Positions 1-6,250 of a stretch of DNA of 64,000 bases are shown here, piece by piece. The notes under the pieces are model-generated. The model was given only the letters and a program-made list of their open reading frames with translations. It did no database searches and was not told the origin of the DNA. This stretch comes from an uncultured virus (IMG/VR IMGVR_UViG_3300025398_000011) (lineage: Duplodnaviria > Heunggongvirae > Uroviricota > Caudoviricetes): IMG/VR virus record IMGVR_UViG_3300025398_000011; one strand, written 5' to 3'. Both the position numbers and the translations under genes were made by a program. How positions within the stretch are numbered: position 1 is the stretch's first letter; the number at the start of each line of letters is the position of its first letter.

Positions 1-239
1 ACCGCGCTCATAGCGGTGTTAAGAAGCGAGTTGTAGAGATACATACGCCACGTATCGGACTCGTGCATAGCCTGAGTCATCAGCGCTTGGAATAGAGGCT
101 CATCTAAGCCGTCAGTACCAGCAGGGATTTTGAGCATTTCGGGGGTAATCTCGTCATTATCCTCGAAAGTAGTAGCAACAACTTCTAAGAGTGAGATCGC
201 GGTCACAATCTCGGTAAAGCGGTATTCTTTGTCGTTCAT
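1..239 (-). CDS. Hypothetical early protein (3' end runs off the window)
   Basis: ATG at 239 after GAAAGG SD on the minus strand; open frame MNDKEYRFTEIV... to the window edge; preceded by an ECF-type promoter. Confidence 0.7.
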   Translation of the reverse strand, partial: MNDKEYRFTEIVTAISLLEVVATTFEDNDEITPEMLKIPAGTDGLDEPLFQALMTQAMHESDTWRMYLYNSLLNTAMSA

Positions 240-269
240 TGGGTCACCTTTCGTAGTAGTTATGATTAG

Positions 270-295
270 AACAGATAGTGGGGGGATTTTATTCC
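270..295 (-). promoter_or_regulatory. ECF (SigH/SigR/SigE-type) promoter P1
   Basis: Minus strand GGAAT(295-291)-N18-GTT(272-270); -35 lies inside the hairpin GTGGGGGGA..TCCCCCCAC. Confidence 0.8.
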
Positions 296-311
296 CCCCA
301 CCAGCCCCCGA

Positions 312-788
312 TTAGTCTTCTGAGGCTACTGCTGAGAGCAGGTCGGTGTCGAGGTCATAGACCCAAACATCAGCGTAATCAACGTTATCGCCGTATGAAA
401 CCTCAAACTTGAGTCGGACATTATCAACTTCGAGGTTCTCGAGGACTTCGGCGGTGGCTTCTTCCTCAGATTCAGCCTCGACATTTGGAACTGTGAGGAT
501 TACATTACCCTCATAGCAGACCTCAACTGTAAAGGTGGAAGTGATGTTTTCGATACACGCCCAGCCGTTGTTGATGGCGATGGCGTTGTAGGTTTCCACC
601 GCTTCGTAGCGAGTGAGCGTACCTTCGGAAACTAGACCGCGGAGTGCGGTAATGGTGTTCTTCTGGACATCAGTAGTCCATTGGATACGGCTGAGTTCTA
701 CGCGAGAGTCAGCGAGTGCGAAAGCGTTTGCGCGTGAGATGTGGTCTGTTTGGTCACAGACAACTGGCGCGGTTGTTAGATCGGACAT
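312..788 (-). CDS. Hypothetical acidic early protein
   Basis: 158-aa ORF with AGGAG SD, downstream of promoter P2. Confidence 0.8.
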   Translation of the reverse strand: MSDLTTAPVVCDQTDHISRANAFALADSRVELSRIQWTTDVQKNTITALRGLVSEGTLTRYEAVETYNAIAINNGWACIENITSTFTVEVCYEGNVILTVPNVEAESEEEATAEVLENLEVDNVRLKFEVSYGDNVDYADVWVYDLDTDLLSAVASED

Positions 789-829
789 TGTGTTCTCCTG
801 TCTAGTAGTAGTTTGTCTTACACTCTTAG

Positions 830-855
830 AACACTCTAGAGTAGAGTTTTATTCC
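830..855 (-). promoter_or_regulatory. ECF-type promoter P2
   Basis: GGAAT(855-851)-N18-GTT(832-830) followed by CTAA. Confidence 0.8.
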
Positions 856-860
856 CCCAG

Positions 861-904
861 CCAACTCTCAGGTAACTCTCAGACAACTCTCAGGAAACTC
901 TCAG
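861..904. repeat. Four tandem 11-bp NNAACTCTCAG units (MprA-box-like array A)
   Basis: ccaactctcag gtaactctcag acaactctcag gaaactctcag, immediately upstream of the P2 -35 element. Confidence 0.9.
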
Positions 905-914
905 GAAGTTTGTG

Positions 915-943
915 TTGGATGAATTGTCCAACAATTCATCCAA
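915..943. repeat. Perfect 13-bp inverted repeat with 3-nt loop
   Basis: TTGGATGAATTGT-CCA-ACAATTCATCCAA. Confidence 0.85.
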
Positions 944-987
944 TGCTTTTATGCTTTTATGCTTCTAATTCGGCGGGCGGGCGGGTC

Positions 988-1013
988 AACACAAACATTC
1001 TCTGGTTTATTCC
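988..1013 (-). promoter_or_regulatory. ECF-type promoter P2b
   Basis: GGAAT(1013-1009)-N18-GTT(990-988). Confidence 0.65.
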
Positions 1014-1039
1014 CTGATGACTGGTCATTCTTGGTCATA

Positions 1040-1079
1040 AAAATAACCCCGCCTAAAGGGAATAAAGGCGGGGCTACTT
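1040..1079 (-). terminator. Intrinsic terminator
   Basis: CCCCGCCT..AGGCGGGG stem; A-run on the left reads as a U-tract on the minus strand. Confidence 0.6.
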
Positions 1080-1180
1080 AGCGGGTGGTGACCATACCTT
1101 TCCGCTTTACTGGGGCAATTACGGCTCTTGGCGTGGACAGGCACGCTTGCTACGGATAGCCCCAGAAACTTGGCTGGTCG

Positions 1181-1552
1181 TTATTTAGTTGTGTTACGTT
1201 TGCGGACACTCTTGCGAGCGTGTGTAAGGCGGCTAGATACTGCGCCTCGTGTGATGTTAAGTGCCTCGCCAATCATAGCGTGAGGAACTTTGAGTTTGCG
1301 AGCCTCCACTAAGAGTTCTTCGATCTTAGCGCGTGTAGTTGCAGAGATTACTTCTGCTTCTTTACGCACGCGAATCGACTCTTTGAGTGCTACATCAGCC
1401 TCAGTAAGTTCGCGGAGTAGGTTCTCGATACGAACGCGGGTCTTTGTGTAAGTACCGCGTGTATGCTTAACCGCTACTGGTGCTAGTGTTTCCTCCTCGG
1501 CAATAATCTCCGCGAGTAGGGCTTTCAGCGTTTCTTTATCCATTGTTTTCAC
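1181..1552 (-). CDS. Coiled-coil/HTH DNA-binding protein
   Basis: C-terminal HAMIGEALNITRGAVSSRL is HTH-like; GGGAGG SD. Confidence 0.65.
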   Translation of the reverse strand: MKTMDKETLKALLAEIIAEEETLAPVAVKHTRGTYTKTRVRIENLLRELTEADVALKESIRVRKEAEVISATTRAKIEELLVEARKLKVPHAMIGEALNITRGAVSSRLTHARKSVRKRNTTK

Positions 1553-1568
1553 CTCCCTTCATAGTTAG

Positions 1569-1594
1569 AACACTTAAGACTAGTCATTTATTCC
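1569..1594 (-). promoter_or_regulatory. ECF-type promoter P3
   Basis: GGAAT(1594-1590)-N18-GTT(1571-1569). Confidence 0.8.
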
Positions 1595-1732
1595 GCAAGC
1601 GGAGAGAAATCTTGCCCAATCAAATCGTGGGTTATCGGCTTCGAATACTCTACCGACCGCGTACACGACTTCTTGAGGTGCAGAGGCGCTCTTGAGCGCC
1701 CCTGCCATTGCTACATAATCTTTGCGACTCAT
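1580..1732 (-). CDS. Small conserved phage protein (MSRKDY...DNPRFD..RF..AC type); not in the ORF track
   Basis: Hand translation MSRKDYVAMAGALKSASAPQEVVYAVGRVFEADNPRFDWARFLSACGIND; start overlaps the upstream stop. Confidence 0.75.
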   Translation of the reverse strand: MSRKDYVAMAGALKSASAPQEVVYAVGRVFEADNPRFDWARFLSACGIND

Positions 1733-1899
1733 AAGAACTCGAATGGGTCGCGGTCTTCGAATATATCCATAAACATATCGAAGTCACCTGATTCGAGCGC
1801 GTACGATAGATCGCTAGCCATATTCTGCTCGATACGAGCATTCTGCTGGCAAGTGCCACAGTCGCTAGACTCATCACCTAGGTGGATAGTGTGCGCCAT
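1729..1899 (-). CDS. Small protein with H/CxxC motif
   Basis: ATG at 1899 after GGAGG SD; MAHTIH...CGTC. Confidence 0.7.
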   Translation of the reverse strand: MAHTIHLGDESSDCGTCQQNARIEQNMASDLSYALESGDFDMFMDIFEDRDPFEFL

Positions 1900-2093
1900 T
1901 AGAACACCTCCCCGAACGCTTGCACGATTGTGGAGTAATCGACCCCACCGCGAGTGAGCCACTTATAAATCAGGCTGTGAATATCGTCATTCTCGCGGAT
2001 AGCCTCCACGATTAGGCTGTGCTCAACTAGAAGTGAGCCAGATAGTGCGTTCACGAGATCAACTACTTCTCGATTTTGCTGTACTGTAAGCAT
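1899..2093 (-). CDS. Hypothetical protein
   Basis: ATG at 2093 (MLTVQQN), AAGGGA SD, translationally coupled to the next gene. Confidence 0.7.
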   Translation of the reverse strand: MLTVQQNREVVDLVNALSGSLLVEHSLIVEAIRENDDIHSLIYKWLTRGGVDYSTIVQAFGEVF

Positions 2094-2144
2094 ACTTTCC
2101 CTTTCTGCTTTAGAGTGATCGCCTGTCGATCTTCTCAATAGTAG

Positions 2145-2170
2145 AACAGTTACACCCACCTATTTATTCC
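2145..2170 (-). promoter_or_regulatory. ECF-type promoter P4
   Basis: GGAAT(2170-2166)-N18-GTT(2147-2145). Confidence 0.8.
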
Positions 2171-2174
2171 ATCA

Positions 2175-2207
2175 CCGACTCTCAGATAACTCTCAGGAAT
2201 CTCTTAG
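2175..2207. repeat. Three 11-bp units (MprA-box-like array B)
   Basis: ccgactctcag ataactctcag gaatctcttag. Confidence 0.85.
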
Positions 2208-2233
2208 GGAATAAAAAATAGGGAACGTTTGTT
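2208..2233 (+). promoter_or_regulatory. Rightward ECF-type promoter
   Basis: GGAAT(2208-2212)-N18-GTT(2231-2233) on the plus strand, divergent from P4. Confidence 0.55.
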
Positions 2234-2336
2234 GATTTATGCCCTATTCCCAATGCCACAATGTTTGTGTTGACCCACCTCCCCATTCTCACCTTGGGGA
2301 ATAGATATAGGCGCCCAAGGGGTAGGCGCCTAATCC

Positions 2337-2615
2337 TTATTCGTAGTCGAACGATATCCAAGGCTCTAAGTGATGAGCCTCTACTATTGCGTAGGCTGGG
2401 GCTTGAGGTTCTCCCCGCCAAGTAATCGGTTCAGGTAGATCGATTAGCGCGCCAGAGTCTCCTTCGTTGCACTTCTGGATAGCCTCTATGCAAGGTTCTA
2501 CCATAGACTTTGGTACTGGTGGATAATGATTACTCGTTAGATGAATCCCGATCTGATCATCTAGGGAGAGTTGTAACTCCCCACTAGATAGATCCTCTGC
2601 AAAATTGCGTCCCAT
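2337..2615 (-). CDS. Conserved hypothetical phage protein
   Basis: 92-aa ORF with HLTSNHYPPVP motif and GAAGGG SD. Confidence 0.8.
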   Translation of the reverse strand: MGRNFAEDLSSGELQLSLDDQIGIHLTSNHYPPVPKSMVEPCIEAIQKCNEGDSGALIDLPEPITWRGEPQAPAYAIVEAHHLEPWISFDYE

Positions 2616-2626
2616 TGTGTTCCCTT

Positions 2627-2857
2627 CTAGTTGTTGTCGTTAGGGTCGTACCAACCCTCGTTAGAATTTGATTCTTTGCACTTTGGGCAGATCCACTCGG
2701 CGTACCAAGTGACTTCACCCATAGATATGTATTCGGTAGTAGGGACTTCTCCCACCCAACCGCAAGCGCACTCTAATTCCTGAACGCTTTCAGCCTCGTC
2801 GTAGCCTGCAATTTGAGGCTCGAATCCCGTTACCCCTGGAGGGTAGTTCCCGCTCAT
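2627..2857 (-). CDS. Zinc-ribbon protein
   Basis: CACG...CPKC; NYPPGVTG N-terminus. Confidence 0.75.
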   Translation of the reverse strand: MSGNYPPGVTGFEPQIAGYDEAESVQELECACGWVGEVPTTEYISMGEVTWYAEWICPKCKESNSNEGWYDPNDNN

Positions 2858-3144
2858 ACTGACTCCTCCTCGAAGATAGAGTCGCGCTGAGCGTCATACT
2901 CTGCGAGCGCCTTAGCCTCCTCATACTCACCGATAGCGTTAGATAGCGCGTCAATGATCTGATTAGCCTGAGCCCGCGTTAAGCGTAGGTTCTGGATAGC
3001 GTAGAAAGATACTGAATTGCTCCCAGCCCAGCCACTAGCCTCCACACTTAAATATATGTCGGCGTCTAGTGGGTCTGCTACACGCACTTTAAAATCCTGC
3101 GCGTCAGACACATCATAAGTGTTATTAGTATAAAATCTATCCAT
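2854..3144 (-). CDS. Hypothetical protein
   Basis: 96-aa ORF with AGGGAG SD, downstream of P5. Confidence 0.8.
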   Translation of the reverse strand: MDRFYTNNTYDVSDAQDFKVRVADPLDADIYLSVEASGWAGSNSVSFYAIQNLRLTRAQANQIIDALSNAIGEYEEAKALAEYDAQRDSIFEEESV

Positions 3145-3185
3145 TGTCTTGCTCCCTTGTAGTAGTAGTGGTCTTACACTTATAG

Positions 3186-3211
3186 AACAAATAGACCCCT
3201 CATATTATTCC
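3186..3211 (-). promoter_or_regulatory. ECF-type promoter P5
   Basis: GGAAT(3211-3207)-N18-GTT(3188-3186). Confidence 0.8.
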
Positions 3212-3216
3212 CTCGG

Positions 3217-3238
3217 CTAACTATCAGATAACTCTCAG
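3217..3238. repeat. Two 11-bp units (MprA-box-like array C)
   Basis: ctaactatcag ataactctcag, upstream of P5. Confidence 0.8.
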
Positions 3239-3511
3239 GAATGAAGTGTTACTTGAGGGTTAGACGTTTTGCTCTCTTTTGTCTAATGTCTTTTATAGGG
3301 TTCAATTTATTACGCCTTACCCGAATGCCGTTCATATGTTTGTGTTGGACTATGCCAAACCCACTTGCCTAGCCCTTGACAGGGCTAATAGATAGGGCGC
3401 GGTTTCCCGCGCCTACCTTTTACTTCTTGAAGAATGCTATCGAGAAGCAGATCCCTGCTCCCAATAACATCGCTGTTATTGGGAGGCCGGAAACTAGGGG
3501 ATTTAGGAGGC

Positions 3512-4069
3512 TCATACTAGAGCCTCCTTCATTGACTTACGAGCGCGGGCTAGTCGGCTCATTACTGTGCCGACTTCGATCTTGAGGATTCCCGCGATTT
3601 CCTCATATGAGTAGCCCTCAGCCTTGAGTAGGAGAATCTCGCGGTGAGCCTTTGAGATATTCTGCAAGGCGCTTGCCAATTCTGGAGAGTATCCACCAGA
3701 GAGGCTGGATAGATAGGCATTTTCCGCGCTTGCCTCAGAGAATCGAGAGTCCGACTTCACTTCGCTGTCCTCATCACTGGCGAGGACAGCGTCCTCCATA
3801 GTCGTACCCTGCTCGAGCAATTCCTCAATAGGTGAGAATGAGATGCGATCTTCTGCGCGGTAATCGTTACGGAAAGTGTTACGGAGGATAGTTACTAGCC
3901 ACCCGACAAGATTACCCTCTGAGAATGAATCGCTTGCCTTGATCGCCTTTTCTGCCGTAGTCTGCACTAGGTCATTCGCCTTGTGAGAATCGCGTGTGAG
4001 ATTAAACGCCACCGAGTAGAGAGTGTCGTAATAATCAACTAGTGCCTGACCCATATCCTGCTTGTTCAT
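3512..4069 (-). CDS. ECF RNA polymerase sigma factor, SigH/SigR-like
   Basis: Region 2 LYSVAFNLTRD..KANDLVQTT..KA..SFSEGNLVGWLVTILRNTFRNDYR; region 4 GYSYEEIAGILKIEVGTVMSRLARAR; likely start ATG 4069 (MNKQD). Confidence 0.92.
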   Translation of the reverse strand: MNKQDMGQALVDYYDTLYSVAFNLTRDSHKANDLVQTTAEKAIKASDSFSEGNLVGWLVTILRNTFRNDYRAEDRISFSPIEELLEQGTTMEDAVLASDEDSEVKSDSRFSEASAENAYLSSLSGGYSPELASALQNISKAHREILLLKAEGYSYEEIAGILKIEVGTVMSRLARARKSMKEALV

Positions 4070-4120
4070 ATTTTTTCCCTTGTTATTCGGGCTTGCCCTG
4101 TGCTTGCCCTGTGCCTGTAT

Positions 4121-4146
4121 AACGGACACTACACCCAATTTATTCC
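4121..4146 (-). promoter_or_regulatory. ECF-type promoter P6 in front of the sigma gene
   Basis: GGAAT(4146-4142)-N18-GTT(4123-4121); -10 reads CGTTA. Confidence 0.8.
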
Positions 4147-4230
4147 CTGAGAGTTTCCTGAGAATGGACTATCAGCCGACTCTCAGGAAACTATCAGACA
4201 CCCCCCAGGGTTAACTCAGCCAATTCTCAG
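4147..4230. repeat. MprA-box-like array D: two inverted plus six forward 11-bp-phased units
   Basis: CTGAGA at 4147 and 4158; forward units end in CAG at 4175, 4186, 4197, 4208, 4219 and 4230. Confidence 0.9.
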
Positions 4231-4396
4231 GAACGGCGCCAGATAAAATCCACAGGTATCACATATATGGGGGAGGCAGTAGCCTGCGGTAGTTACGAAT
4301 AGAATAGACGGGGAAGCAGAGTTAGCCGATTTGCGGGGAGTGGCGCGTTGTGTTAAAGAGGTTGCATAGGTTGCAAGGTTGCGCTAAGTTGCGGTA

Positions 4397-4624
4397 ATGA
4401 GAAAGTACCAAAAGATAACGCTAGAGATTGAGATCGTTGGGTTAACAGATAAAGAGATTACCCCTGAGCAGTTGACCAAGCTTGCTAGTCAGACTAGAAA
4501 GGGTCTTAAAGAGGCGCTTTATGGGGCAAAGATAAGTCATGGCGGTATATCGATGAGGACTATTGTCGATGAAGCTTCTTTATCTGAAGTCAATAAGATC
4601 CATAAAGAGCTCACTGGGAAGTAG
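4397..4624 (+). CDS. Hypothetical protein, probably leaderless
   Basis: TTGCAT(4362)-N17-TAAGTT(4385-4390), 6 nt before the ATG; no SD. Confidence 0.7.
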   Translation: MRKYQKITLEIEIVGLTDKEITPEQLTKLASQTRKGLKEALYGAKISHGGISMRTIVDEASLSEVNKIHKELTGK

Positions 4625-4629
4625 CGGTT

Positions 4630-4806
4630 ATGGAATTAGACCAGAATAGAGTCATTGCGAGAATGGGTAAGTGCTTTACTCCTGATTGCGAGGAGGACCC
4701 TGTGTGGTTTGCCTACTCCTGGTGGCGCTATTGTGATGAGCATGTCCCTGAGCGGGCGGCAAATCCCGATAAGACCTATGTCTACATCTGGCATACATTT
4801 GCTTGA
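4630..4806 (+). CDS. Small Cys/His zinc-finger protein (not in the ORF track)
   Basis: MELDQNRVIARMGKCFTPDCEE...YCDEHVP..., 58 aa. Confidence 0.65.
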   Translation: MELDQNRVIARMGKCFTPDCEEDPVWFAYSWWRYCDEHVPERAANPDKTYVYIWHTFA

Positions 4807-4833
4807 CAGCCTTCATCGCGGGAATGCTAGACT
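4803..4833 (+). promoter_or_regulatory. Housekeeping sigma (SigA/HrdB)-type promoter
   Basis: TTGACA(4803) and TGc-TAGACT(4828-4833), 6 nt before ATG 4840 (leaderless). Confidence 0.65.
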
Positions 4834-4839
4834 TCATCC

Positions 4840-4986
4840 ATGACTAGAGATGCAGATATGGACGCCTTCGAGACTATGCTTAGAGCCTCCATTGCGAAGG
4901 ATGTGGCCTCATTCCTACGGGTTCACGAGGTCTATAACGATGAAGAGCTCTTAGAGATCATCTGGAGGAAAAATGGAGAAGTTTGA
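4840..4986 (+). CDS. Small hypothetical protein
   Basis: MTRDADMDAFETMLRASIAK..., 48 aa, overlaps the next ORF. Confidence 0.55.
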   Translation: MTRDADMDAFETMLRASIAKDVASFLRVHEVYNDEELLEIIWRKNGEV

Positions 4987-5059
4987 GAGCTACCTGCCAT
5001 ATCTGCTAGTAGCGACAATCGCCGTTAGTGTTCTCGCGGTCTATATGGTCAACCGATGA
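4973..5059 (+). CDS. Small single-TM protein
   Basis: MEKFESYLPYLLVATIAVSVLAVYMVNR; GGAGG SD; ATGA coupling. Confidence 0.6.
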   Translation: MEKFESYLPYLLVATIAVSVLAVYMVNR

Positions 5060-5163
5060 AGAAGCCTTGTTACTGGTGTCAGGGAACTGGCCTAATGCAA
5101 TCTGATGAAGAGTGCCCTTGTGCTACCAATAGATGTAAGTGTCAGTACTGCAAAGAATGTTAG
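5056..5163 (+). CDS. Cys-rich mini-protein (8 Cys in 35 aa)
   Basis: MKKPCYWCQGTGLMQSDEECPCATNRCKCQYCKEC; ATGA overlap. Confidence 0.6.
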   Translation: MKKPCYWCQGTGLMQSDEECPCATNRCKCQYCKEC

Positions 5164-5336
5164 TCATAACCGCGGCCTTGGTCTGGTATGCAACCAAGAT
5201 CTTCTATACCCACAGCTTTACCATCAAATTAGCTGAGAGCGGCCTACATGAGGTGCAATGCAACCACTGCTCGAAAAAGCTCTTTGTTACCCCTGAGAAT
5301 CTGCGGGTGCCATATTACTGTGTTCAATGTGGTTAG
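5157..5336 (+). CDS. Membrane-anchored zinc-ribbon protein
   Basis: Hydrophobic N-terminus, CNHC...CVQC. Confidence 0.6.
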   Translation: MLVITAALVWYATKIFYTHSFTIKLAESGLHEVQCNHCSKKLFVTPENLRVPYYCVQCG

Positions 5337-5472
5337 TAGCTAGGTGTACTAACCCTTTCTTCTCGGCGTACTTAACGTCGTCGGTGGTGTCGCTGACGTA
5401 CTTATCGCACTCTTCGCAATAAGCTTGCCAAACGGTAGGATCGACATCTACTGCCACAACATCTACAGCCAT
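5287..5472 (-). CDS. Small CxxC/H protein
   Basis: WQAYCEECD...HLATNH; AAAGG SD. Confidence 0.55.
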   Translation of the reverse strand: MAVDVVAVDVDPTVWQAYCEECDKYVSDTTDDVKYAEKKGLVHLATNHIEHSNMAPADSQG

Positions 5473-5514
5473 CTTTAACCTTTTTCTCTAAGTCTTTTAC
5501 GAGAGAATACTAGC

Positions 5515-6024
5515 ATGTCATATGGCGACCTAAGTGAACACGAGCGCTCTAAGCGCGAAATCCGTACCCTTGCTGAAAGCCCTAACGAGGCTCAGTCCTT
5601 CATTGATAGTACAAGGGACTTTGGGGGCGCCTCCATCAACCTTAACTCGATGAAGCTGGCCAAACCAGGCGAGAGTATGCACATTGTTGGCAAAGAAAAG
5701 TCTCAAAGAACCGGCCTACCAGTTGACACCGCATATGCTCCAGGACAGAACACGCTCACACCTCGTCAATTCTCTATGCACCTTAACCGCTTAAAGACTG
5801 AAACCAAAGATAAAAAGGCCATGATGGGTTCTTGGGTCGATAACAGCAGTAAGAAAAGCAGGGCTAAGGGCGTACAAGTTGATCTATCTACAGGTTACGC
5901 CCAAAAGAAACGCGCAGAAGATAAGATGATTGAGCGCGGAGAAGACGCAATCTGGAATATGAAGTCTATGCGCAATGTGCGCAATGAAGCAGTAAGAAAG
6001 CGCCGCGGACTCCCACCGCGTTAA
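5515..6024 (+). CDS. Hypothetical basic protein
   Basis: 169-aa ORF. Confidence 0.75.
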   Translation: MSYGDLSEHERSKREIRTLAESPNEAQSFIDSTRDFGGASINLNSMKLAKPGESMHIVGKEKSQRTGLPVDTAYAPGQNTLTPRQFSMHLNRLKTETKDKKAMMGSWVDNSSKKSRAKGVQVDLSTGYAQKKRAEDKMIERGEDAIWNMKSMRNVRNEAVRKRRGLPPR

Positions 6025-6025
6025 T

Positions 6026-6250
6026 ATGCACTTCTCTACTTGGTTGTGGGAGCAGCTGGATCTTCCAGGGCGCGCAGGTGCTTTTGCCAAGATTTGCTGG
6101 GCGGATGTTAATAACGGCTGTGGAAACCTACGATATAACGGTCACGAGTGGATACGCCACTTTGAAGAGAAGCATAAGGATAAAAAAGAAAAGCTAGCCG
6201 ATATGCTTATACCTGTATACCTAGATTATCTAGAGGAGGTGCGCAAGTGA
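6026..6250 (+). CDS. YozE/SAM-like small protein
   Basis: FSTWLWEQ..PGRAGAFAK pattern resembles YozE. Confidence 0.5.
   Translation: MHFSTWLWEQLDLPGRAGAFAKICWADVNNGCGNLRYNGHEWIRHFEEKHKDKKEKLADMLIPVYLDYLEEVRK

Noticed and set aside
915..943. N4-type virion RNAP hairpin promoter
   Set aside because: Single copy, stem too long, loop does not match, and no virion RNA polymerase gene is in the window.
1059..3262. Other plus-strand GGAAT sites (1059, 2298, 3238) as promoters
   Set aside because: No GTT at the 18-nt spacing; the 3238 site has GTT at 16 nt only.
130..3585. Plus-strand ORFs in the early region (130, 613, 1673, 3376) and minus-strand 1650 and 2182
   Set aside because: They overlap better-supported minus-strand genes or regulatory DNA and lack SD sequences or recognisable motifs.
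861..4230. TCTCAG arrays as a CRISPR or mini-CRISPR array
   Set aside because: Units are 11 bp and contiguous with no 25-45-nt unique spacers, and no cas genes are present.
4147..4230. Array D as replication iterons
   Set aside because: Not excluded but disfavoured: similar arrays recur at four promoters at a fixed position relative to -35, there is no adjacent AT-rich unwinding tract, and a better ori candidate lies in the initiator gene.
4655..4843. ORF-track call MREWVSALL
   Set aside because: The overlapping frame 4630-4806 gives a better zinc-finger protein and packs properly between its neighbours.
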